Shown here one piece after another: positions 13,561 to 23,478 of a stretch of DNA of 64,000 nucleotides (its first letter is position 1; every line of letters starts with the position of its first letter). The position numbers and the translations under genes are program-made. The notes below the pieces were generated by a model. The model saw only the letters and a program-made list of their open reading frames with translations, did no database searches and had not been told where the DNA came from. Source of the DNA: Psammoneis japonica (Eukaryota); assembly GCA_008632985.1 (NCBI GenBank), contig QPGO01000036.1, positions 458,182 through 522,181 on the forward strand. The letters run 5' to 3'.

Positions 13561-14614
13561 AATTATCTTGAGGTTTGCGCAGTGCATCAATCATCACAGA
13601 TGGGCATCATTGTGAAACAACCAAGTGTTGACAAAACAAACGAGGACCAGGTTTTCAGGAATGACAACAACTCACGTGTCAACAGCGCAAATCAGAGCTG
13701 CACGGACATGGCAGATTGACAACACCAATCAAGAGGTGTTGCGTTTGGCTGCAGGCGGAACTTGACGAAGCCAATCAGGGTGGAAAAAAGTCAACAACAA
13801 GCTTGTGCCAAAGTTGAACAAAGAGTCTTCTTGTGGCAACAATGCACCACAAAAATGAAAATTGTTCAATTGTGATCAGAGTGCAGACTGCTTCTGCAGA
13901 CCCTTCGAGACATCTTGCGGAGGTTTGATCCCTTGTTTTGCAAACCATTGCACACTTTTTTGGACATGATCAAGTTGCAACTCCACTTGAAATTGAGGAT
14001 GCAATGGCAAAAAGGTTCAACTTGGTTCCCACTTTGCACGAGAGTGCTTTCCACATGTTGACAAATTCAGCCAGCAGTCAGGGACACAACAACATGCATC
14101 AAATGTGGAGATCCAGGTCAGTTAGAAAAAGACTGACATCAGCTTGATCCTGATTGGAAGAAGAGAGGCAAAGCAATTGTCCATGGAGGAAAACCCTGTT
14201 TGTTGAAGACTCACCGTGAAATCAAGAACCCTCTGTTGATCTCCACACTCATGCACGTCCTCATCAGCCATTGACACTCAGGTCTCAAGTGTGGCATGGT
14301 CAAGCAAAGTAAAGTGGCAGCACAATGTTGAACACTTGTTGTTGGACTTCGAACCGCAGATGGCATCACCAATCCAGCAAAGGCAAATGACAAAGCAGGG
14401 TGCAGTGACAAAAGAAGAATTGCCACCACCACTCTCTGGTCCAAGCATCTTTGATTGTTTTGCTTTTTGAATGCAACAGGATGTCCCAGTCCCAGTTCAT
14501 CATGTCAAGGACCACTGCAGGCACCAAACTAATTAGATTGAAACAGTCGTGCAAGTCTCTGTGAAAGTCAGTGCCCTGATTGGGAACGCCGGGAAGCACT
14601 GGAATGCACGCAAA

Positions 14615-15150
14615 GCAGCCTGGGTGGAACGCTACAAGGAACTCTGCAAATGTCGAGATAACCACGGTAATTGGTGAGTGAGTGACACTTGGGCAGATTT
14701 GCACTTTGATTCAGCTGTTGGTGTCCGCATTTCAGATCCGAGCCGAGCTGGTCGTTTGCATGCGTCTCAGTTCTGTTCCAAAAGCACACAATTCCAATCA
14801 TGAACTTGGACGCTGGGCAGCAACCAGCGAGTTTCCTGTGGGCTTCTCAAAACAAATGGATTTGGTGGAGAAAGCGAAACAGCCTCGTTGTCAGAAGAAC
14901 GTATGGAGTTATTCAACAAGATTGATTTCATTTTGAATGCCCATGATGCCGCTTGGATTCCGAAACATCTAAGATTGTCTGAATGTGTAGGAACAAATGG
15001 TCCGGTGAGTGGCAGAACTGTTCCCAAACACCCATCGCTTGCGAATTGGATCCGAAAACAAACGGCAGCTGTATAGAAAGTGAATCAAAGGAGAAAAGGT
15101 GAGCTTGACGCAAGAACGCATTGAAAAACTGGAGAACTTGGGTTATTCTA
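14615..15150 (+). pseudogene. Helicase-associated (HA) domain repeat gene, disrupted
   Basis: AWVERYKELCKCRDNHG..VPK..NHELGRW; MSEERMELFNKIDF..AHDAAW..HPSLANWIRKQ..LTQERIEKLENLG. Frameshifted; lies in the transition zone at the block edge. Confidence 0.72.
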
Positions 15151-16133
15151 GGAAATGCTAGATCTCTAGAGAAGCTCTTGTCCGTGTCTTGCATTGAGTC
15201 TGGCATTGTGTCTTGGCCCGTTTCTGAAGGGTATGACCGAGTCAGTTGGAGTACGAGTTGCATCACGGTGTTGCGATGATCGATGGCACGTGTTGTTCTT
15301 GCTTCGTCAGTCGCTGACTTTGGCACTGGTTATATTACTCAGCATCCAGCAAGGTGGAAAGAAGAAAGCTTGTGGACCGTTTGAGGAGACATGTCATCAG
15401 AACCAGTCGCTGCATTCTAGAGTTACTACGTTTGTACCAGAAAAGAGATTTCTACCCGACTCATAGCATAAAGCGCGTGTGCGGTAATAACCTTCCGAGA
15501 AATGAAGCGAGACATGGAGCTTTACGTGCCGAGTCCTGCCATGTGTGATGACCAAAAAGAGAAAAACAAAGATTTGCGCTTGTTTCTGATGAAAGAGTTT
15601 GCGATCCAAACGCAAGCTCAAGTACCCTGCATTCAAGAGAGACTAGTGTGAAAAAAAAAGAGTCGGGAAGTTTGCAATTGCCAAGGATACAAGGTTACCG
15701 GCATAGTTGAAGGTTTGTTCCAAGTCAAGACGTTCCTCTGTAACAATGCTGCACCCTTGCAACAGTAGGCGGCATCAATAATTTCTCTGGAGTTTAGCAC
15801 AATGCTACATGTTTCTAAATTAGACAAAGTAATTCATCTGTCTGTTGTGGCAAAACTGGTTCCTACTTTAATACGCTCATGGTCGCGTTTCTTCTGTACA
15901 TTCGCGATGAAACCGCAATCTCCCGAAATCATACAATCTTGATCAACGATTGTCATGGATGGATGCGGTTCTCTCAAGTGCGTATATATTATGGTTGCGT
16001 CGTGTGCGTGGGGTTATTGTGACTGTGTGCTCTCGATATTCTATGTGCTGCGTGGGAATACTTGTTGTTGTGTCGTCTTGAAGATTGCAAACGAACCTCA
16101 AGTTGATTATTCTGGCGAAAAAGTCCAAGAATC

Positions 16134-16823
16134 TCACATGGTCTGCTCGTAAGCGCGATCGACAGCCATGCAGTCATGGATCAACCAGCAGTTCTGGCGA
16201 GGAGGTCTCCGTTCTCGTTGAAGCGTCCATAGAAAGGTCCGTTCCTTTCCTTTTAGCGGAATAACGTGAACCAAGCAGGTTTGCATAGCTCCGCGGGTAC
16301 GAGTCCCAGGAATGAGCTTTCCCATTTTCTTAATCTTCCAGTAGTGACAATCCACCATGCCACCAAAGACGGGGCCGGTGGCTTTCTTGATAAAGGTCTC
16401 AAGGTCCGATCCTAAACCGGCGCGGCAGAGGTCCGTAGCAAAGTTATAGCAAACCTCGATTCCGGCATTGTTGAATATCTCGTTGTTCCGTTGCAGACCA
16501 TTCATACACATGGTCACGACCTCTTTGGCCTCGTACTCGGAGTGTGGGCTTGGAATGTACTCTTCGTCGATACCCAGGGTTGTTGTTATGGGAATCTGAC
16601 TTACAGATAGAGACGTTGAGGACTTTGTACTAGTTCCAATGCCGTTGGAGTGAGAAATCGGAGGAGCAGTCGTGATTGGGAGAGACCCAAAAGTACGGGT
16701 CGTCACAAAGGCACTCGACGACGACACTGCAAGCGTCAGTAGAAGGAGAGACCGCAAGAGGGGCGGCAGAAGGACATGGTAATAAAAAAGAAGTAATCTT
16801 GATGGGCAGATGGCAACAGCCAA
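16134..16823 (-). CDS. Conserved plastid-targeted protein of unknown function (possibly DUF4864-like)
   Basis: Signal peptide ending SSSSAF, S/T-rich transit peptide, globular domain (EVVTMCMNGLQRN..NAGIEVCYNF..RTFLWTLQRERRPPRQNCWLIH). Normal dinucleotide content. The true ATG start is not evident. Confidence 0.75.
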   Translation of the reverse strand: MAVAICPSRLLLFYYHVLLPPLLRSLLLLTLAVSSSSAFVTTRTFGSLPITTAPPISHSNGIGTSTKSSTSLSVSQIPITTTLGIDEEYIPSPHSEYEAKEVVTMCMNGLQRNNEIFNNAGIEVCYNFATDLCRAGLGSDLETFIKKATGPVFGGMVDCHYWKIKKMGKLIPGTRTRGAMQTCLVHVIPLKGKERTFLWTLQRERRPPRQNCWLIHDCMAVDRAYEQTM

Positions 16824-17109
16824 TGACTCAAAAAGTGCTCGTTGCTCGTGATGTTTTGCGTGATGGGTGATGGAATGAGAATTTTGTGTCTCGGCGGCAT
16901 TGGTTTGCGCGCAGATGTCAAAATTCCAAAATCTGTCGTTGACGTCAGCAATACTGAGACGGACTATGTAGAATCTACGTGAGCAAATTCGGTTGGCCAG
17001 ATGCGGTCGCGAATTTGTCTAAATGTTGGAATCAGTAGAAATCTACAGGAAGTTATGTACGATGACGTCATCTATTTTTGATCGCGATTTTCATGCTGCA
17101 AAACAACCG

Positions 17110-17240
17110 TGGCTATTCGCCACCAACGCTGCTGGGGGGTGCGTCCCACTATAGTTAGGAGGCGGTGATTGGTGGTGTCAGCGCTTTACTGGGGTTTCTT
17201 GCCCTCTTTAGGCTCACCAGCAACCAAGACCGCCTCCGAT
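17110..17240 (-). repeat. Split direct repeat B2 (outer copy, TpA retained)
   Basis: 131 bp, matches 17402-17532 with 5 differences. Confidence 0.95.
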
Positions 17241-17264
17241 GAGGCGGCTGGGCGGGAGAGGAGG

Positions 17265-17397
17265 GTCAAAAAGTTTGCAACTGCTGCTGCGGCCTCGGCA
17301 GGCGGCGACGAGTTGCAAAGAATGCCGTTGGCATTCAGGTCGTTCAAGGCTGCGTGCGTTGGGGGGTGGATGCGTCTGTCCTTCCCCCTGCGCTGCT
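17265..17397 (-). repeat. Split direct repeat A2 (inner copy, TpA lost)
   Basis: 133 bp, matches 23346-23478 with 6 differences. Confidence 0.95.
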
Positions 17398-17401
17398 GGG
17401 A

Positions 17402-17532
17402 TGGCTGTTCGCCACCAACGCTGCTGGGGGGTGCGTCCCACTGTAGTTGGGAGGCGGTGATTGGTGGTGTCAGCGCTTTGCTGGGGTTTCTTGCCCTCTT
17501 TGGGCTCACCAGCAACCAAGACCGCCTCCGAT
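17402..17532 (-). repeat. Split direct repeat B1 (inner copy, TpA mostly lost)
   Basis: Matches 17110-17240. Confidence 0.95.
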
Positions 17533-17611
17533 CCGCCACTCTTGGAGGGCCGAGAAGGAAAAAGGGGATGGGTCAGAAGCAGAGCTGAGGGTGGGTGAAG
17601 GCGTGGATGCG

Positions 17612-18800
17612 TCAGTTGGCGGGTGCGTCGGCTTGATTGATGATGTTTTGCGCAATGGGAGGGACATGGGACCCTGGGAGTAGCGTGAAATTGCCGCAGT
17701 TCAGGATTTTCGTAGACAGTCCTGCCATTGATGGTGATGCTTGGGCGTGAAGACATCGAAACACAGCATCGGATTTCCAGCGGCCGACGAGACGGATGAT
17801 GTCGGTGTCTGCTTTTGCGCACAGCAGGGCCATGGTGCCACCGGTGCGGAGGCTGCGGGCTGTGACATCTTTCGGCAGGAATCCCACATGTGGCAAGGCG
17901 GCAGCTGACACTTGGAGCATTTTGGTGATGGCACGGCTCGTGACATGACCCCACCGCGCACCGAGGCGTGCAGCACACAGGGGGGTGTTAGCGTTGGCGC
18001 CGTTGGAACGTGGGTGATGTACACGGCGGGCGATGGCGAGGACCGGGCATGCCTTGGAGTGCGAGCTTCTAGCATGACCTGCCGTTTCGCCGCATTCTTG
18101 ATTCTTTTGAGTGTCAAACGCAATGCCACTGTGTGTCGCGAGGAACAGCTGTTGCAGGGGGCAGGTCAAGTGGTCTAGTGCGCGTTGTCCGACGAGCAGT
18201 TTGATGTCTTTTAAGACCAAAGGGTCATTGTCTTTGCTCTTGCAATGCTCCCCCGGTCGCAGAAGGTAGAAAAGGCCGATCCAGGACATGTCGATGACAG
18301 CGTTGTCGAGGGCGGAAGATTCATCGACAAGGGCTTGTGCGTGGTGTACGATTTGGATCGGAAGAGGCTTGACGCGGTTCGGCGGCGGATCGTCTTTGGA
18401 GCACGCACTGTAAAGGCGAGCAAGGCGGGGATCCACAGTGCCGTGTGGCGTTAGCCGCGGGTCCGGGGCCCCCAGCTCGGTGAACGTCTTCGCGACGTGA
18501 AGGACTTCGTCACGAACGTGCGGAGCTGAGATTGGGTTGCCGCTGCGGCTGAGGCGTCCATCCCCAAGGCGACAGGCAAAGACTCGGAGCATCGGGATTT
18601 TGTCTTGGACACCGGTGAGGAGAGGGTCTTCGACTCCGATGTCGGATGGGAAAGGCAACCAACACTTGGCCCAGACGGTGTCCGTGGCACGGGCGCGCTC
18701 GCCAGTGACAGCTTCGCGGGCTTTTGCCGTCGCAAGGCGGAGATCAGTGAAGAAACGATGTCTGGCGGCGGGTGCAGCATTTGCCAAGGTTTCGTCTGTG
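17612..18800 (-). pseudogene. Tyrosine recombinase of the Ngaro element; catalytic Tyr replaced by Cys
   Basis: FYLLRPGEHC, ARSLRTGG, IIRLVGRWKSDAVFRCLH (expected RYLH); overlaps the RT ORF in another frame; start approximate. Confidence 0.88.
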
Positions 18801-20769
18801 GGGCAAGGCGAGCAAGCGTGGCAAGAAGGTGAGACGGCGTGGAAAATTTTCGGGAGCACGTGTCTGCGAGGAGATTGGCTGGGCCAGGAATGTAATGGAA
18901 GCGGGAGACGTGTCGGAGCTGCCATTGTTGTAGGCTCCCCGTCCGCAGCACATCGGCGCCGGGGCCGTCGGTTGTGACAGAGCCTTTTCCGCGCCGGGAA
19001 ATGGCAGGCGTGTTGTCGCAGCACGTGTGGACGGTGCGTTCCCTGACGTCGACGGCGATGCCGATGACGGCCTCTTGCAGCACTGTGCCGGCTAGCTCGA
19101 GGTCGGAGTTTGTTGTGGTTCCTGTGGGGTTGTCGTCCGAAACGACAGCGGCTTGCAGGTCTAGAGGCAGCGGAACTTGCCAGGCGGCAGGAGGGAAGTC
19201 GTCTTGAGGGCCAGGCAATGGGACGCCGCCAAACCCAGGTTTTGCTGCATCGCACGCCCCGTGGAAGTGCCCATCGGCAGCAGGGAAAAGTTCAGCCAGC
19301 CGAGTAGGACGTGAGGCAATGTCCACGGCCAAGGTGTGCAAATCTTGGAGCTGGCGGCGTGCATGGCGGCCAATGCGAGTGTGGGAATTGCCAGAGGTGG
19401 CAAGAGAGTGCTGGAGGTTTGAGAGAAGGCCCGCACCACCGGATGCCGCTAACAACATGCTGCGGACTTCGCCGAGAAGTTTGCAGCATTGTTTGTTGGA
19501 CATGCGGCGGCGAGGGATGGTGTCGGCCAGAATGTCAAGGAGGCGTTGTCGACGATGCGGCGGCAACTCGATGGTCCCGGCAAGTGTGTCTGTGAGCCAC
19601 CCCAAAATGACCTTCACTGTCGACCACGACGCGTCTCCTTTGAGAAGTTTCTTTGGGGAGATGGTTTCACGCCGCCAGTGCTCGTCAGACGGTGTGTTAG
19701 GACGGAAGACTTGATCGTTGATGTGCAAGAGGCGTCGACGTAGCTTGTTGAGACGAGCCTTCGTTCCTTGTGCGGCGCACATTTCATCATCGACGTAGAC
19801 ATCGAAGTGTTCCAGTGGCTGAGAGCCCCGTCGGGGTCTGCGACGGAGAGCGGCGGGAGGAGGAAGGCGTGATGTGCGGCTGGTCGGAGCTGCACTGGAA
19901 GGCGGCGGCACGTCGATGCGCAAGGTGTTGTCGTGAGGCGCTGGAGTGGCCGCTGCCTGTTCCAGGGGATGAACCGGAGGGTCCCAAGCTGTGGGCGAGC
20001 AGCTGTTCGCTAAGTCAATCACCATCTCGGTGCCCACACAAAAGAATGGCGGACTCTCGGTCCAGCCCATGGGCAGGACGAGAGGCAGCGCTGTCAGCGG
20101 TTCCTCCCCTGGGCCTGCTGGGAAGGCCACCCCGAGCTTGGGTGTGTCCTGGGGTCGCAGCCCAACGCGACAGAACCCATTGGAAAGGTCAAGCTTGAGC
20201 ATGTGTGCCGGGCCGTGCTTCGGGTCCGCACGGAAGATGTTGTACAAGAACCGGTCGAGAGCTCGACCGAATTGCATGGCTTCTGGAGGGGCGTGCTTAA
20301 CAGTCTCGTCGTTGAGACCGCAATGGCTGTAATCAACGATGGTGCACGGGCGGCGGTCGCGTTGCGGCACCACGCCCATCGGTGAGACACGCAGGTGGGG
20401 GAGCTTGCAGGCTTCGCGGTGCGGCAGGACTGTCCAGTGTCGTTTCTGGATCATGTCCGCCACATCCGATTCGAGGAAGCCCAGACACTCGTGAGTGGAT
20501 GGATGGCTCCCGCGGTCGGTCGCCATCCGGACCCGGTGAGGGGACCAGTCTTCCGTTGAAAACTGGACCGGTGCTCCGTCGTCACGGAGTTTAGAAAGTA
20601 ACTCGGCAGCTGGGTGGGGCAGCTGCCGAACATTCTCGGCCAGACACGGCTCCCTGCGCAGGTGTGCAACGAACTGGCTCCAGCCTAAAGTTTGTAAGAG
20701 TTTGACATGGTCCTCTGCTAACTTGCCTAGTTCGTTGCTGCGTGGACACTGCTGGTGCGGATCTGGCAA
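18451..20769 (-). CDS. Reverse transcriptase / RNase H of the Ngaro element (open but heavily substituted)
   Basis: LRVSPMGVVPQRDRRPCTIVDYS, KLDLSNGFCRV, LPMGWTESPPFFC, VYVDD, CDAAKPGFGG, NSDLELAG, CDNTPA, YIPGPANLLADTCSR. Confidence 0.9.
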   Translation of the reverse strand: MPDPHQQCPRSNELGKLAEDHVKLLQTLGWSQFVAHLRREPCLAENVRQLPHPAAELLSKLRDDGAPVQFSTEDWSPHRVRMATDRGSHPSTHECLGFLESDVADMIQKRHWTVLPHREACKLPHLRVSPMGVVPQRDRRPCTIVDYSHCGLNDETVKHAPPEAMQFGRALDRFLYNIFRADPKHGPAHMLKLDLSNGFCRVGLRPQDTPKLGVAFPAGPGEEPLTALPLVLPMGWTESPPFFCVGTEMVIDLANSCSPTAWDPPVHPLEQAAATPAPHDNTLRIDVPPPSSAAPTSRTSRLPPPAALRRRPRRGSQPLEHFDVYVDDEMCAAQGTKARLNKLRRRLLHINDQVFRPNTPSDEHWRRETISPKKLLKGDASWSTVKVILGWLTDTLAGTIELPPHRRQRLLDILADTIPRRRMSNKQCCKLLGEVRSMLLAASGGAGLLSNLQHSLATSGNSHTRIGRHARRQLQDLHTLAVDIASRPTRLAELFPAADGHFHGACDAAKPGFGGVPLPGPQDDFPPAAWQVPLPLDLQAAVVSDDNPTGTTTNSDLELAGTVLQEAVIGIAVDVRERTVHTCCDNTPAISRRGKGSVTTDGPGADVLRTGSLQQWQLRHVSRFHYIPGPANLLADTCSRKFSTPSHLLATLARLAPQTKPWQMLHPPPDIVSSLISALRRQKPAKLSLASAPVPRTPSGPSVGCLSHPTSESKTLSSPVSKTKSRCSESLPVALGMDASAAAATQSQLRTFVTKSFTSRRRSPSWGPRTRG

Positions 20770-20820
20770 GTGGGCAGAGGAGGGCTGCAGGCCAGCTTTA
20801 GGGCTGACCGGCCCCCGTCC

Positions 20821-23312
20821 TCAGGTGGAGGCCGCCGGTGCCGGCGCGGGTGCCGGAGCTGGGGCGCCACCTTCTTGGGGATTGGACACGTGGTCCCGGA
20901 TGAACGCGCTCATGGCCGTCCTCTCTCGTGGTGAGAGGTTCCGGTGCATGTTGCTGCGCTCACAGTTGGCAAAGCACGCTCCTTTCAGGTGATGGGAAAG
21001 GCACACTTCACACGCGGTGCCACTTGAATCCGTGGTTCGGGGTGCGAAACGTCGGACTGTAGCCAGGCGGATCCCGGCTTGTGCAAAGGCCGTCAGCCAG
21101 GACCGCACCGGGTTGGGATTCGTGACGGCCGCGCCCGGGTCGCGACGTCCCCGCAGTGGCGGCTGCCGCGGAAGGGGTGCCACTGTTGCTGGCGCTGGTC
21201 GAGCTCGCCTGGGAATTGGTTGTCTGCTCTGGTTGGCCAAGCAAATGGCGTGGCAACTGTGCCAGCAAGGAGAATTGTCCGTGCAGCACCTTGCATGCCA
21301 CAGCAGTGTAGTCGGGCACCCGGGGCACACCACCTTGCGTGAGCCTGCGCAGGTAGACTCCCATGAGCATCTGCACCTTGCGACAGATGCGGGGAAGTAC
21401 GTTCCCCTCAGCCAGGAGTGCTCCCGATTGTTCGAGCAGGTCGACCATGTCTCGCCAATCTTCCAAGCAGAACTGCCGGAACGCCACAGCATGGGGGTGA
21501 TTCGATCCTTGGATGACGTCCAATGCCAGACTGGTGGCTTGAAGCATGCTTCCGCAATGGCAAGTGGACGTGGGAAGAGGTGTGTCCTTGGTGCGGAACT
21601 CCTCCTGTTCCGCAACGGCAGGCATCAAGTTGCCGGCCAACGCGAGGTCGCAGCGTTCGGCCCGGACTTGCACAGTGGAGCCTTGTCCAGCCAAAAAGAA
21701 GCCGCACGTGAATGGGGAGACGCCGGCGGTCAAATCGTTCACTTGGTGCACGTGAGGTGCTGCCTTCCCTTGCAACACCATCTCGCACAACTCCTTGGAG
21801 ACTGTGGGCACTGTGCGGGACGCCGCGTCAGGCTCTTGAGCGCGCGCTTCCAAGGCGCGAGCAAAACACAGGCGCCGCTCGGCTTTGGCACTGTTGGCCC
21901 AGGCGTGGTACAGCGCGGGCAAAGCCGCATCGTCCGGTGCGCTCGAAAGCAACAGCCACACGGGCGCAGTCTGCGGGAAGGCTTCCGTCGGAGTTTTGGG
22001 GGCGGCGGCTGCGGCCGCGGCTGCGGAACGTGTTGCTTCTGTGCGTGCTGCATCGGCGCGGACTGTGTTGGCAAAAGCCAGGACCCGGTCGGTGTTGTCT
22101 GCGGCCGTTGCATCCAGGGCGGGAAGGTCCTGTAACAACGTGCGCCAGCGATGCTCCTGTGGACGGGCGTCCACCGCGAGTGGTGGCAAGGCAGTGGCAC
22201 GATCACCCATGCACTGAACCGGATCTGGATTCGCCGCTGTGTTGGTGGTGAGTGCCGCACGCAACCAATCGATGAGGGGACTCAAGTCCCCCGCGCGTCC
22301 GTCGTTTTTGGATTGCTCCCGCGAGTTCCCGCCAGGCCTGCAGAGGAGTGAGATCCCGGCTCAGCACGAGATGCAGACAGGCATGGGGCACCTGCATGAG
22401 TCGGCGGACGTAGATCGTGTCGGTGTCCGGGGCGCCATCGGTCTGCGGAGGTGTTAAATCCTCTTCATCAACCAGAGTGCCTTCTAGGGCGGCCATGTTG
22501 GCCACCGCAGGTGCCACTTGTGGACCCACGGTTTCAAACGGAGTGTTGGGCAACTTGAGGATGGACGCGTTCCAGCCCTGGGTGGGACTCCGTGTGACAT
22601 TGGGCCCGTAGAATTCCACGTGCGAGCTCCGTAGTACGAGAATTTAATCAATGGATACATTCATCTTCAACATCAAATAAACGGCCAAGTTTGTGGTGCA
22701 ATTATGCCTCTCACCACTCGACGTTTTTGCAATTGCACCTGCCCTGCGCGATTCTTAAGACAGTGTAGAATCGTGCTGTAACAAAAAATGTCAAAAGTTT
22801 TTGGACGGATCGCTCAACAAGTGCACCGTAAAATGACACAAAATGTCAAAAAATCACGTAGAATTCTACGTGCGCGACATACGACGAGATTCAAAAAACT
22901 GTCGATGTCACAGTTCAGCAGTGCGAGGTCCCACCTAGACCTGGAACACGTCGATGGTAATGAAGTTATCCGGTGGCACGTCTCCTTGAAAACAGAACAC
23001 ACGACCGTCCCACGGCGAGGTCTCCACCGGGTCTCTTATGTGCACCGAGGGCCGGTGGACGCAGGTGGTCCGGCACCCCGTGCCTTGGCGCACTGGCACC
23101 AAAAAGGCCTTGGGTGCCACGTCGCTCGAGTCGATGGTGTGCTCGAGTAGCGTAGCAGCCGGCTCGGGAGCAGCGACGGTGGTGTCGTATCGACGGAATA
23201 AATTCGCGTGCTCCCCTCCCAAGTGATCGCCTTGGGTCATCCACTTGTCGTGGTGTGTTTTTGGGGGTGCCGGGGGCGCTCCACCGGCGGCCACAGGAGG
23301 GATGGCAGCCAT
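20821..23312 (-). pseudogene. Gag-like ORF of the Ngaro element, frameshifted and interrupted by a MITE
   Basis: MAAIPPVAAGG... start; pieces in several frames; C-terminal CLSHHLKGACFANCERSNMH zinc finger; removing the MITE restores FITI-LKLP in frame. Confidence 0.78.
22564..22952. mobile_element. 389-bp MITE, copy 1, nested in Ngaro gag; 4-bp TSD GATG
   Basis: Imperfect TIRs GACG(C/T)GTTCCAG..GGTGGGAC; GATG at 22560-22563 and 22953-22956; homologous to 52001-52389. Confidence 0.9.
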
Positions 23313-23345
23313 CAAGAGATAAGGTTGGCGTATGTCGCTCCCTTT

Positions 23346-23478
23346 GTCAAAAAGTTTACAACTACTACTACGGCCTCGGTAGGCGGCGACGAGTTGCAAA
23401 GAATGCCATTGGCATTCAGGTCGTTCAAGGCTGCGTGCGTTGGGGGGTGGATGCGTCTGTCCTTCCCCCTGCGCTGCT
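23346..23478 (-). repeat. Split direct repeat A1 (outer copy, TpA retained)
   Basis: Matches 17265-17397. Confidence 0.95.

Larger units (their letters stand above)
2240..14560. other. TpA- and CpG-depleted block of decayed repeats and gene copies
   Basis: About 20 TpA in about 12 kb by eye; CpG also rare; TG/CA saturated; all ORFs Tyr-poor and Cys/His/Gln-rich. Confidence 0.92.
17110..23478 (-). mobile_element. Full-length Ngaro-type tyrosine-recombinase (DIRS order) retrotransposon with split direct repeats A1-gag-RT/RH-YR-B1-A2-B2
   Basis: Gag-like, RT/RNase H and YR ORFs in order; 133-bp A repeat and 131-bp B repeat in the Ngaro arrangement; no TSD seen. Confidence 0.92.

Noticed and set aside
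2300..14500. Dense overlapping Cys/His/Gln-rich ORFs on all six frames (also at 41-45, 47-54 and 57-61 kb)
   Set aside because: Artefact of TpA loss: TAA and TAG stops and Tyr codons are gone, so frames stay open. Not genes or metal-binding peptides.
2240..14560. Classical fungal RIP or plain CpG decay as the explanation
   Set aside because: Both are C->T. RIP increases TpA, and CpG decay does not remove TpA; the paired repeats show A->G/T->C.
17612..20769. Alternative genetic code or foreign DNA avoiding Tyr
   Set aside because: Changes also hit non-coding repeats and Leu codons, some Tyr remain, and host-derived pseudogenes show the same pattern.
22617..22951. 330-bp insertion with a CACGT 5-bp TSD
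   Set aside because: Homology with copy 2 extends to 22564, and TIRs plus 4-bp TSDs fit both copies at 389 bp.
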